From the sequence record DRR378314_253: 20,000 bases of DNA; one strand, 5' to 3'. The notes under the pieces were generated by a model. The model saw only the letters and a program-made list of their open reading frames with translations, had not been told where the DNA came from and ran no database searches. The position numbers and the translations under genes are program-made. Shown here piece by piece: positions 8,588 through 17,093 of the stretch (position 1 is the first letter of the stretch; the number at the start of each line of letters is the position of its first letter).

Positions 8588-10477
8588 ATGAAAAAATACA
8601 TATATACAATACTATTAGCCTTAATTCTGGCCATGGGCTGTTCTAAGAACGATGAGGAATTTTTGGATCGGCCGCCATCTTCGATATTAACGCAGGAACA
8701 AATTTTTACAGATCCAAGCGCAGTTCTCTCTGTTTTGGGAGATCTGTACAACAGATATGAGGATTTTGGTAGGCTGGATGATTGGGCTTCCGTAGCCGAT
8801 TTCAACATCGCATATTGGTCAGAGGCAGGTCGCTATCCTGCATTTCAAAATGATGGATGGGGATTTGGCAGCTGGGGTATTTGGAATTACGGATATATCC
8901 GTGAAATAAATCTATTCTTGGAAAGATGTGAAGAGGCTACCCAATTGGAAGCTTCCCAAAAAACACGGTTTTTGGCTGAAGCACGATTTTTACGTGCCTC
9001 TTATTACTTCGAAATGGTAAAACGGATGGGGGGGGTTCCTTTAATATTGGAATCCGAAACCTATGATTTTAGTGGTGATGCCTCTTACCTACAACATCCT
9101 AGGGAAACAGAAGCCGCTATTTATGATTTCGTAATAAGCGAGGCTGAAGCTATAAAGGATATATTGCCTACCGATGCCGATTCCAAGTCGAGAGCCACGA
9201 AAGGTGCAGCACTGGCCATGGAAACCAGAGCTGCCCTTTATGCGGGTTCCATTGCCAAATATGGAGCAACAACCCCTCAAGTGGCCCTTCCCGGAAACGA
9301 AGTTGGAATTCCAGCTTCAATGGCAGAAGGCTATTATACCAAGGCCCTTACAGCAGCCCAAGCCATTATCAGCGGAAGTGCCGGCGCCTATGCCTTATAT
9401 AATTCCAAACCAAACCTTTCCGAGAATTTCGAGGCCTTGTTTTATGATAAGGCAAACAATCCCGAAGCTATTTTTGTTGAGGATTACAAAGTTGGAGGAG
9501 GAAAGACACACTACTTCACAGGTTGGAACCAACCTCGTTTTGGAGCGGAGGAAGAAGAAGGAGGGAGGATAAACCCTAGTTTACAATTCGTTCAATCCTT
9601 TGAATTATTGGATGGCACTTATGCCCCTTTGGCAAATGAGGTAGGAGGTGACCCAGTTTATTATGATAATATTGGTGATATATTTCAAGGCAGGGATGCA
9701 CGTTTGGCCGGAACGGTAATTTTGCCTGGCACCACCTTTAAATCCAAACCCGTAGATATATGGGCAGGTATTGTACTGGCGGACGGATCAATAGTTAGTG
9801 GAGATTCAAGAGGACAGGAAAAAACATTGCCCGGAGGTTCGGAACAGGTTCAGGTAGTTGGCTTTGACGGTCCAATAGATGGCTTGGAATTTACTGCCCA
9901 GTCAGGATTCTATATTCGTAAATACCAAGATCCAAATACCGGGTCTGGTCGACGAGGAACCCAAAGTGATGTTTGGTTTATACGTTATAGGTTTGGGGAA
10001 GTTCTATTGAATGCTGCTGAGGCCGCTTTTGAATTGGGACAACCAGATGTTGCGGCTGGTTATTTAAATCAGGTACGTTCAAGAGCCGGGATTACTACAA
10101 CATTGACGGGGGCCGATGTTAATTTTGACAAAATTGCCCATGAGCGTTACGTAGAATTGGCATTTGAAGGTCTTCATTTTTTTGATTTAAAAAGATGGAG
10201 GTTGGCACATATCGTCTTAGACGGAAATCCTATCAACCCAACCGAAGTTACCCAAAATATAGGTGTAGCTACGAAAAGGGAAACCCAGCCATACAGTATC
10301 TGGCCTTATAAATATTACAACCCTGGAGACCCTAATGATGGTAAGTATCTGTACAAGATTTTAAGACTTTCCAGAATTACAGGCGCTGACCGTTTTCAGT
10401 TTGGGAACTATTATTCCGAAATAGGACAGGATTTAATCAATAACAACCCTAAATTGGTTAGAAACCCAAATCAATAA
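8588..10477 (+). CDS. susD: SusD/RagB family glycan-binding lipoprotein
   Basis: Lipobox LAMG-C18 followed by acidic SKNDEEF. Motifs AEARFLRASYYFEMVKRMGGVPLI, RFGEVLLNAAEA, ERYVELAFEG..FFDLKRW, NPKLVRNP. Directly follows susC. Confidence 0.97.
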   Translation: MKKYIYTILLALILAMGCSKNDEEFLDRPPSSILTQEQIFTDPSAVLSVLGDLYNRYEDFGRLDDWASVADFNIAYWSEAGRYPAFQNDGWGFGSWGIWNYGYIREINLFLERCEEATQLEASQKTRFLAEARFLRASYYFEMVKRMGGVPLILESETYDFSGDASYLQHPRETEAAIYDFVISEAEAIKDILPTDADSKSRATKGAALAMETRAALYAGSIAKYGATTPQVALPGNEVGIPASMAEGYYTKALTAAQAIISGSAGAYALYNSKPNLSENFEALFYDKANNPEAIFVEDYKVGGGKTHYFTGWNQPRFGAEEEEGGRINPSLQFVQSFELLDGTYAPLANEVGGDPVYYDNIGDIFQGRDARLAGTVILPGTTFKSKPVDIWAGIVLADGSIVSGDSRGQEKTLPGGSEQVQVVGFDGPIDGLEFTAQSGFYIRKYQDPNTGSGRRGTQSDVWFIRYRFGEVLLNAAEAAFELGQPDVAAGYLNQVRSRAGITTTLTGADVNFDKIAHERYVELAFEGLHFFDLKRWRLAHIVLDGNPINPTEVTQNIGVATKRETQPYSIWPYKYYNPGDPNDGKYLYKILRLSRITGADRFQFGNYYSEIGQDLINNNPKLVRNPNQ

Positions 10478-10497
10478 TCAATTTTAAAACAATAAAG

Positions 10498-11190
10498 ATG
10501 AAAGCTAAATTTTATATATTCATATTCAGCGCTCTATTATTGGTGACTTCTTGTTCACTTGATAATTTTGACGAACCAAATGCAATGTTCTCCGGAAATA
10601 TTGTCTATAACGGTGAAGCCATTCCTGTTGCAAGGAACCAAGTAAGGTTTCAATTATGGCAACCGGGCTATGCGCTTACAGCGCCAATAGACGTTACAAT
10701 TGCCCAAGATGGTAGTTACAGCAGCAGATTGTTTACCGGAGATTACAAACTTTCTTTTGTGCCTGGGCAAGGACCATTCAGAACCCCTTCAGATACCCTA
10801 TTTTTTGAATTATCAGGTAATAAGGCAATGGACATTGAGGTTACTCCCTATCATATGATCAGGAATTCCCAGTTCTCATATGCTGCTGGATCTGTAAATG
10901 CCAGTTGTGCGGTGGAGCAAATCATTACCGGTACCGATGCTAAAGCTGTAGAAAGAGTAACATTGATTATCAACAGAACTTTATTTGTTGATGCCAACAG
11001 TGGAGGAGAAGGTAGTATAGCTCAGGTCGATGCGGCAGACCTTTCCAATTTGGGTAACATCAATATGTCGGTAGAAATACCCAGTGACCCAAAGAAACCG
11101 GATCAAAGTTACATTTTTGCCCGTATAGGTGTTAAGGTTGCCGGGATTGAAGACATGATTTACACCCAAGTACAGAAAATAGAATTTTAA
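10498..11190 (+). CDS. DUF3823-like surface lipoprotein (PUL accessory protein at the SusE position)
   Basis: Lipobox VTS-C19, then DNFDEP, QDGSYS..LF.GDYKL, DIEVTPY and FARIG motifs, which I recognise as DUF3823-like. Position is directly after susD. Confidence 0.8.
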   Translation: MKAKFYIFIFSALLLVTSCSLDNFDEPNAMFSGNIVYNGEAIPVARNQVRFQLWQPGYALTAPIDVTIAQDGSYSSRLFTGDYKLSFVPGQGPFRTPSDTLFFELSGNKAMDIEVTPYHMIRNSQFSYAAGSVNASCAVEQIITGTDAKAVERVTLIINRTLFVDANSGGEGSIAQVDAADLSNLGNINMSVEIPSDPKKPDQSYIFARIGVKVAGIEDMIYTQVQKIEF

Positions 11191-11205
11191 TTATACTTAA
11201 TAAAC

Positions 11206-11239
11206 CCCTCGGAAACCATAAATTTTCGAGGGTTATATT
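11206..11239 (+). terminator. Hairpin after the susC-susD-DUF3823 block (weak terminator or mRNA-stabilising stem)
   Basis: CCCTCGGAAA (11206-11215) pairs with TTTTCGAGGG (11223-11232): 10 bp with one G:U and a 7-nt loop, followed by TTATATT. Confidence 0.6.
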
Positions 11240-11281
11240 GCCGCAATATTCCCTTGATTATCAAGATAAACGCATACCTAG

Positions 11282-12319
11282 ATGGGAACACCTAAAGTAA
11301 CATACATATTTTTGTTTTTTCTTCTTCTCACTATTTCGGTGTTTTCACAAGACAAAACATTTACTAATCCATTATTACCCTCTGGGGCCGACCCTTACAG
11401 TACCTATTACAATGGTTATTATTACTATACGAATACCTTACAGAACCGTTTGGTACTTTGGAAAACTAAAAATTTAGCGGCTCTTGACAAGGCCGAAAGT
11501 ATTACCGTATGGACACCACCAGAAGGAACGGATTACTCCAAGGATATATGGGCTCCGGAAGTCCATTTTATAAATAAAAAGTGGTATATCTATTTTGCCG
11601 CTGATGATGGTCATAATAAGACCCATCGAATGTATGTATTGGAGAATTCCTCTAAAGACCCTTTTAAAGGAAAATGGGGATTTAAAGGCAAAATTACGGC
11701 TAAAACGGACAAGTGGGCGATTGATGGCAATGTATTCAACCATAAAGGGCAGTTATATATGATCTGGTCTGGATGGGAAGGTGATACCAATGGGCAACAG
11801 GATATTTTCATTGCCAAGATGAAAAACCCTTGGGAGATAGATGGGGAAAGGGCGAAAATTTCTTCACCAACATATGAATGGGAAAAACACGGGGATTTGG
11901 ATGATCCTGATCTTCCCCATGTCAATGTAAATGAAGGGCCACAATTTTTGGCACATAAGGATCGAATTTTCATTGTTTACTCGGCAAGCGGCTGCTGGAC
12001 TGATAATTACAGTCTTGGACTTTTATCATTTAAAGGTGGTGACGATTTATTGGAGGCTACGGCTTGGGAAAAATCGGAGGAGCCGATTTTTACTCAGGCT
12101 CCGCAAAATGGAGTATATGCTCCTGGACATAATTCATTTTTTAAGTCTCCGGATGGTAAACAGGATTGGATTTTATATCATGCCAATTCTAAATCTGGGC
12201 AGGGTTGTGGTAGGTTTCGCTCTCCAAGAATGCAAAGGCTGTATTGGAATACCAGTGGAATGCCCTATTTGGGACCGCCGTTACCCGAGAATGTAATTCT
12301 GGATATACCAGGAGATTAA
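11282..12319 (+). CDS. Glycoside hydrolase family 43, probable alpha-L-arabinofuranosidase (GH43_26-like)
   Basis: Signal peptide (VFS|Q). GH43 catalytic motifs GADP, WAIDG and VNEGP, plus WAPEVH, HRMYVLE, WSGWEG and APGHNSFF. Subfamily is from motif recognition only. Confidence 0.88.
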   Translation: MGTPKVTYIFLFFLLLTISVFSQDKTFTNPLLPSGADPYSTYYNGYYYYTNTLQNRLVLWKTKNLAALDKAESITVWTPPEGTDYSKDIWAPEVHFINKKWYIYFAADDGHNKTHRMYVLENSSKDPFKGKWGFKGKITAKTDKWAIDGNVFNHKGQLYMIWSGWEGDTNGQQDIFIAKMKNPWEIDGERAKISSPTYEWEKHGDLDDPDLPHVNVNEGPQFLAHKDRIFIVYSASGCWTDNYSLGLLSFKGGDDLLEATAWEKSEEPIFTQAPQNGVYAPGHNSFFKSPDGKQDWILYHANSKSGQGCGRFRSPRMQRLYWNTSGMPYLGPPLPENVILDIPGD

Positions 12320-12345
12320 TTTATAAAGAATTTAAAATAATGAAA

Positions 12346-12410
12346 TTAATATTAGTTGAGTTGAGTTAGTTTCTTAAATTATCGGGTCTCTCATACGGCC
12401 CGGTAATTTT
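12346..12410 (+). ncRNA. Putative 3'-UTR-derived small RNA (AGTT-repeat seed plus terminator) antisense to the susC leader
   Basis: TTAATATTAGTTGAGTTGAGTTAGTT lies just 5' of the terminator and is complementary to 5385-5410. No expression data, so this is a hypothesis. Confidence 0.35.
12376..12410 (+). terminator. Rho-independent terminator-like hairpin
   Basis: AAATTATCGGGTC (12376-12388) pairs with GGCCCGGTAATTT (12397-12409): 13 bp with two G:U and an 8-nt loop, ending in TTTT. The wobbles pair only on the + strand. Confidence 0.7.
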
Positions 12411-12559
12411 ATCAAATGAAGTATGCTGTACAAAGTTAGATTTCTATTTAAAATAGTGATGCTATAGTGGAAGCATAAAGCCTTTCTTAACTCCAGACAT
12501 AAAAATAACTTCTTCCAATTCCTATTGGGAGTATCATCAAAACCAATAAAAATTAGCAG

Positions 12560-13633
12560 ATGAAAAAATTAATACTGATTGCTTACGTGCTTCTTATATC
12601 CTTTTCAGGGATATCACAAGAAGATGTTTTAACTAAGAATAAATGGTCCATTGATAAAGCCCAAGAATGGTATTCTCAACAAAAGTGGATGACCGGCGCA
12701 AATTTTAATCCCAGTACAGCCATTAATCAATTGGAAATGTGGCAAGAGAATACCTTCGACCCTGAAACAATTGATAAGGAATTGGGCTTTGCCGAAGGTA
12801 TTGGCTTCAATACGATGAGGGTATATCTTCATAGTTTGGCATACAAGGCAGATCCACAGGGATTTAAGCAACGTATGGATACCTATTTAAAAATAGCAAG
12901 CAATCACGGTATCAGAACAATGTTTGTCTTTTTTGATGATGTTTGGGGCAAAACTCCTAAAATCGGTGAACAACCGGAACCTATACCTGGAACCCATAAT
13001 TCAGGTTGGGTGCAAGATCCTGGAGACCCCGCATCAAAGGACGAGGAAAACTTCCCTGCTCTTGAGGTTTATGTCAAGGATATCCTCAAAACCTTTGGCA
13101 ATGATGAACGGATTGTCATGTGGGATTTGTACAACGAGCCAGGAAATACGGGAAAACTAACCAGTTCAATGCCGCTGTTAAAGAACGTATTCATATGGGC
13201 TAGGGAAATTAACCCTAGTCAGCCCCTAACTGCGGGCTTATGGGCGTGGGATTTTCAAGAACTCAACGCTTTCCAGGCTTTGAATTCTGATATATTGACC
13301 TATCACAACTATGAGGATGAAAAACACCATCAACATATAATCAACCTTTTAAAATCCCATGGCAGGCCAATGGTCTGCACAGAGTATATGGCACGGACCA
13401 ATAATAGCCGCTTCTCCAATATTTTGCCCATATTACAAAGAGAAAATATTGGCGCCATCAATTGGGGATTGGTAGCAGGAAAATCCAATACAAAATATGC
13501 TTGGAATACCCCTATCGAGGACGGAGGCGAACCAATCGAATGGTTTCATGAAGTTTTTAGAAAAGATGGAACTCCCTACAGACAGGACGAGGCGGATTTG
13601 ATAAAGAAATTGAATAAGGTGGCAAATAAATAA
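12560..13633 (+). CDS. Glycoside hydrolase family 5 (GH5_13-like; candidate beta-D-galactofuranosidase / alpha-L-arabinofuranosidase)
   Basis: Signal peptide (GIS|Q). Clan GH-A acid/base WDLYNEP and nucleophile CTEYMAR, with AINQLEMWQ, GFNTMRVYLH, HNSGWVQDPG and INWGLVAGK. Subfamily from recognition. Confidence 0.82.
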   Translation: MKKLILIAYVLLISFSGISQEDVLTKNKWSIDKAQEWYSQQKWMTGANFNPSTAINQLEMWQENTFDPETIDKELGFAEGIGFNTMRVYLHSLAYKADPQGFKQRMDTYLKIASNHGIRTMFVFFDDVWGKTPKIGEQPEPIPGTHNSGWVQDPGDPASKDEENFPALEVYVKDILKTFGNDERIVMWDLYNEPGNTGKLTSSMPLLKNVFIWAREINPSQPLTAGLWAWDFQELNAFQALNSDILTYHNYEDEKHHQHIINLLKSHGRPMVCTEYMARTNNSRFSNILPILQRENIGAINWGLVAGKSNTKYAWNTPIEDGGEPIEWFHEVFRKDGTPYRQDEADLIKKLNKVANK

Positions 13634-13699
13634 ATCGGCCATAGAAAAGGGGTCCCAAACGGCCATTTTATAAGTAGGGCATTTATATAAACTAAACAA

Positions 13700-14881
13700 A
13701 TGAAGAGAATAAAATGTAGTCAGATCTTGGTTGTGTTGGCTTTAATGGCAATGTCGGCCTGTAGGGATGTCAATAAAAAAGCAATAATTTCAGAAACGGC
13801 CGGAACAAATATGCAAACACCAATGGAAAGTACTTTGCAACAAACCAATTTTGACACCATCATTGATGGAAGGGCCGTAAAGCTATATTGGCTGGAAAAC
13901 AAGGATTTGAAAATGGCCATTACCAACTACGGGGGTAGGATAGTTGCTCTTTTGACTCCATATCAAGATGGCAATTATGTTGATGTTTCCATAGGTTATT
14001 CCAACATAAAGGACTACTTGGATTCTGCCGAAACCTACTTTGGAGCTACAATAGGCCGAGTAGGCAATAGGATTGCAAAAGGTAAATTTTCATTGGACGG
14101 CACCGAATATTCTGTAGTACCGAACAATAATGAAAATGCCCTTCATGGTGGGGAGAACGGATTTCAGGATAAGGTTTGGGACGCCGAACAACCTGATACC
14201 AAAACCCTGATCCTGAGATATACATCCCCTGATATGGAGGAGGGGTTTCCAGGGAATTTAACTGTAAAGGTAACTTACTCGCTAACCGATAACAGGGCTG
14301 TTAGAATGGAATACGAAGCCACTACTGATAAAGCTACTGTGGTAAATTTGACCAATCATACCTATTTCAACCTCAATGGAGAAGGAAGTGGAAGTATCCT
14401 AAACCATTCATTGCAACTTTATGCAGATCAATTTACACCTGTGGATCAAGGACTGATTCCTACTGGGGAATTGAAAAATGTAAAGGGAACACCTTTCGAT
14501 TTTAAAGATTTCAATACTATTGGATCACGTATAGACGAGGAGGATCGGCAATTGGCATTCGGCGGGGGTTATGACCATAATTTTGTTTTAAATGGCACCA
14601 AGTCCAATGGTATGAACCATGCCGCTACTGTGGTAGGGGATAAATCTGGCATTGTGATGGATGTATATACTCTAGAACCTGGAATTCAATTTTATTGTGG
14701 CAATTTTATGGACTCGGAAAACACTTTGAAATCTGGAGCCAAGGACGATTATAGGACTGCCTTTTGTCTGGAAACACAGCATTTTCCCGATTCCCCCAAC
14801 CAACAGGGTTTTCCATCAATTACGCTCCGTCCAGGTGAGGTTTACCATACAGTTTCCGAATATAAATTTAGCTTTAGATAG
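13700..14881 (+). CDS. galM: Aldose 1-epimerase (mutarotase) with lipoprotein signal peptide
   Basis: GATIGRVGNRI, NALHGG, NLTNHTYFNL, GYDHNF and CLETQHFPDSPN motifs. Lipobox MSA-C21. Confidence 0.95.
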   Translation: MKRIKCSQILVVLALMAMSACRDVNKKAIISETAGTNMQTPMESTLQQTNFDTIIDGRAVKLYWLENKDLKMAITNYGGRIVALLTPYQDGNYVDVSIGYSNIKDYLDSAETYFGATIGRVGNRIAKGKFSLDGTEYSVVPNNNENALHGGENGFQDKVWDAEQPDTKTLILRYTSPDMEEGFPGNLTVKVTYSLTDNRAVRMEYEATTDKATVVNLTNHTYFNLNGEGSGSILNHSLQLYADQFTPVDQGLIPTGELKNVKGTPFDFKDFNTIGSRIDEEDRQLAFGGGYDHNFVLNGTKSNGMNHAATVVGDKSGIVMDVYTLEPGIQFYCGNFMDSENTLKSGAKDDYRTAFCLETQHFPDSPNQQGFPSITLRPGEVYHTVSEYKFSFR

Positions 14882-14884
14882 GTT

Positions 14885-15865
14885 TTGAGAGCATTAGTCA
14901 TATTTATAGTTTCTATTGTTTTTTGGGGATGTAACGCCCAAAAGTTGACGGATATGGATTCTGGTCAAATCTATTTGGCGGATCCTACTATTTTTCATCA
15001 TGTAGATACTTATTATTTGTATGGAACTACTGGTGATCCCAAATGGGGAAAGAATAAAGGCTTTTTGGTATACACTTCCAAGGATTTAATACAGTGGTCA
15101 GGACCCAAAGGAGCCAAGAACGGCCTGTCCTTGGCAATGGGTGATTCCTATGGGGAAATAGGATTCTGGGCTCCTCAGGTTTTTGAGTACAAAGGTCTTT
15201 TTTATATGGCCTATACGGCAAATGAACACATAGCAATGGCAACCAGCAAAAGTCCATTAGGTCCATTTGTTAACACCTCAAAGGAAGCTCTTAAAGCCCA
15301 AGTTAAACAAATAGATCCCTTTGTATTCTTTGATGATGACGGTAGAAAATATTTATATCATGTTCGACTTACCCAAGGTAATAGAATTTACGTAGCTGAA
15401 TTGCAGGATGATCTCATGGCAATTAAACCGGAAACCTTGAGGGAATGTATTACTGGAGAACTTGAATGGGAAAATACACAAAAGACAGATTGGCCGGTAA
15501 CTGAAGGCCCCACAGTATTAAAACATAAAGGGCTCTATTATTTGATATATTCGGCAAATGATTTTAGAAACCCGGATTACGCGGTTGGCTATGCCATTAG
15601 TGAAAGCCCTCTTGGACCTTGGAAGAAGTTTGATAAAAGTCCCATTATGTATAAGGACCTCGTAGGCGAAAATGGCCCAGGGCATGGAGATGTATTTCTG
15701 GATCACCAAGGGGATATGCAATACGTTTTACATACCCATCTTAATGACTCTCTAACCCAACCACGAAGAACGGCAATAGTAAAAATAAAATTTGTAGAAG
15801 AAAAAGGCAGTCCGGATTATTTGGTAATGGAAAAAGACGGGTTCAGGTTTCTAAAAACCAAATAA
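14885..15865 (+). CDS. Glycoside hydrolase family 43 (furanosidase/xylosidase type, possibly GH43_31-like)
   Basis: TTG start 3 bp after the galM stop. Export signal (FWG-C16 lipobox or CNA|Q). GH43 motifs LADP, FWAPQV, SPLGPF, IDPFVF, TEGP and GPGHG. Confidence 0.85.
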   Translation: MRALVIFIVSIVFWGCNAQKLTDMDSGQIYLADPTIFHHVDTYYLYGTTGDPKWGKNKGFLVYTSKDLIQWSGPKGAKNGLSLAMGDSYGEIGFWAPQVFEYKGLFYMAYTANEHIAMATSKSPLGPFVNTSKEALKAQVKQIDPFVFFDDDGRKYLYHVRLTQGNRIYVAELQDDLMAIKPETLRECITGELEWENTQKTDWPVTEGPTVLKHKGLYYLIYSANDFRNPDYAVGYAISESPLGPWKKFDKSPIMYKDLVGENGPGHGDVFLDHQGDMQYVLHTHLNDSLTQPRRTAIVKIKFVEEKGSPDYLVMEKDGFRFLKTK

Positions 15866-15929
15866 GCAGGGTATTCAATGGTAATTTATGCTAAATGAAA
15901 ATGATTAATAAGGAACAAACCCACAGAAA

Positions 15930-17069
15930 ATGAAAATCGTTGTTGCCCCTGATTCATTTAAAGAATGTTTATCGGCCAAAGAGGTTGCGGAAAATATTGC
16001 CATAGGAATTAAGAAGGTACTGCCGGGTTCCCTAATCCATGAAAACCCAATCTCGGACGGTGGGGAAGGAGTATTGGACACCCTGCTGAACGGGGTTGGA
16101 GGTAAAAGAATTTCCGTTTTGGTAATGGATCCACTGATGAGGACCATTGAGGCTCAATATGGGATTTTGAAAGATAAAAAAACGGCTGTGATCGAAATGG
16201 CCAAGGCTTCGGGCTTGGAATTGTTAAAAGAGTACGAAAAGAACCCATTGCATACATCAACATTTGGCACAGGGCAAATGATCAAGGATGCCCTTAATAG
16301 GGGTTGTGATAAATTTATCATCGGTATTGGTGGAAGTGCCACCAATGACGGAGGAGCTGGAATGGTGAGGGCATTGGGAGCCAAATTTATGGATGATGAG
16401 GGGGACGATATTCCAGAGGGCGGTGGCAGTCTAAATCAATTGAACACCATAGATCTGACCTATTTTGATAAAAGAATTCAAAGTTGTGAGGTGGTGGTTG
16501 CCTGCGACGTTTCCAATCCCCTTACCGGGCCAAATGGAGCCTCTATGGTTTATGGAGGGCAAAAAGGGGGAAGTAAAAAAGATCTGCAAATATTGGATAC
16601 TAACCTTGCCCATTATGCCCATTGCATCGAAATAATGTTGGGCATCGATATCGACCAGATCCCGGGAGCTGGAGCGGCCGGAGGTACCGGTGCAGGACTA
16701 ATGGCATTTTTAAAGGGAAAGCTTGTAAATGGGATTGAATTAATACTACGGACCCTTAAAATTGAAGAGCATTTAAAGGAGGCCCACTTGGTATTTACAG
16801 GAGAGGGTAAGATTGATGGGCAAACATTACAGGGCAAGACCATATCCGGGATCGCAACATTGGCAAAAAAACACAATGTCCCCGTAATAGTGATTACCGG
16901 AAAAATTGGTGAGGATATGGAGGGTATTTATGACATGGGGGTAAATGCAGTGTTTTCTATTGTTAATCAGCCAATGGAATTAAAAGAGGCAATTGAGCAT
17001 GCTCCCCAACTTATTCAGGAATCCGCCATAAATATAATGGCCACCATTAAGTGTTTTAATAGAAATTAA
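15930..17069 (+). CDS. glxK: Glycerate kinase (GlxK/GarK family)
   Basis: MKIVVAPDSFKECL, PISDGGEG, IEMAKASGL, GIGGSATNDGGAG, ACDVSNPLTG, GAGAAGG and TGEGKIDGQT..GK motifs. Confidence 0.95.
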   Translation: MKIVVAPDSFKECLSAKEVAENIAIGIKKVLPGSLIHENPISDGGEGVLDTLLNGVGGKRISVLVMDPLMRTIEAQYGILKDKKTAVIEMAKASGLELLKEYEKNPLHTSTFGTGQMIKDALNRGCDKFIIGIGGSATNDGGAGMVRALGAKFMDDEGDDIPEGGGSLNQLNTIDLTYFDKRIQSCEVVVACDVSNPLTGPNGASMVYGGQKGGSKKDLQILDTNLAHYAHCIEIMLGIDIDQIPGAGAAGGTGAGLMAFLKGKLVNGIELILRTLKIEEHLKEAHLVFTGEGKIDGQTLQGKTISGIATLAKKHNVPVIVITGKIGEDMEGIYDMGVNAVFSIVNQPMELKEAIEHAPQLIQESAINIMATIKCFNRN

Positions 17070-17093
17070 GGGCTTCAGTTTTTTAGAACAACA

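Noticed and set aside
12340-12369. 9-codon ORF MKLILVELS before the terminator, considered as a leader peptide
   Set aside because: No regulatory codon run and no alternative antiterminator seen. The sequence is better explained by the antisense motif.
5385-12371. The 5385-5410 / 12346-12371 complementarity read as DNA inverted repeats for phase-variable inversion
   Set aside because: The match has indels and G:U-type mismatches unsuited to a site-specific recombinase, and no invertase is present in the window.
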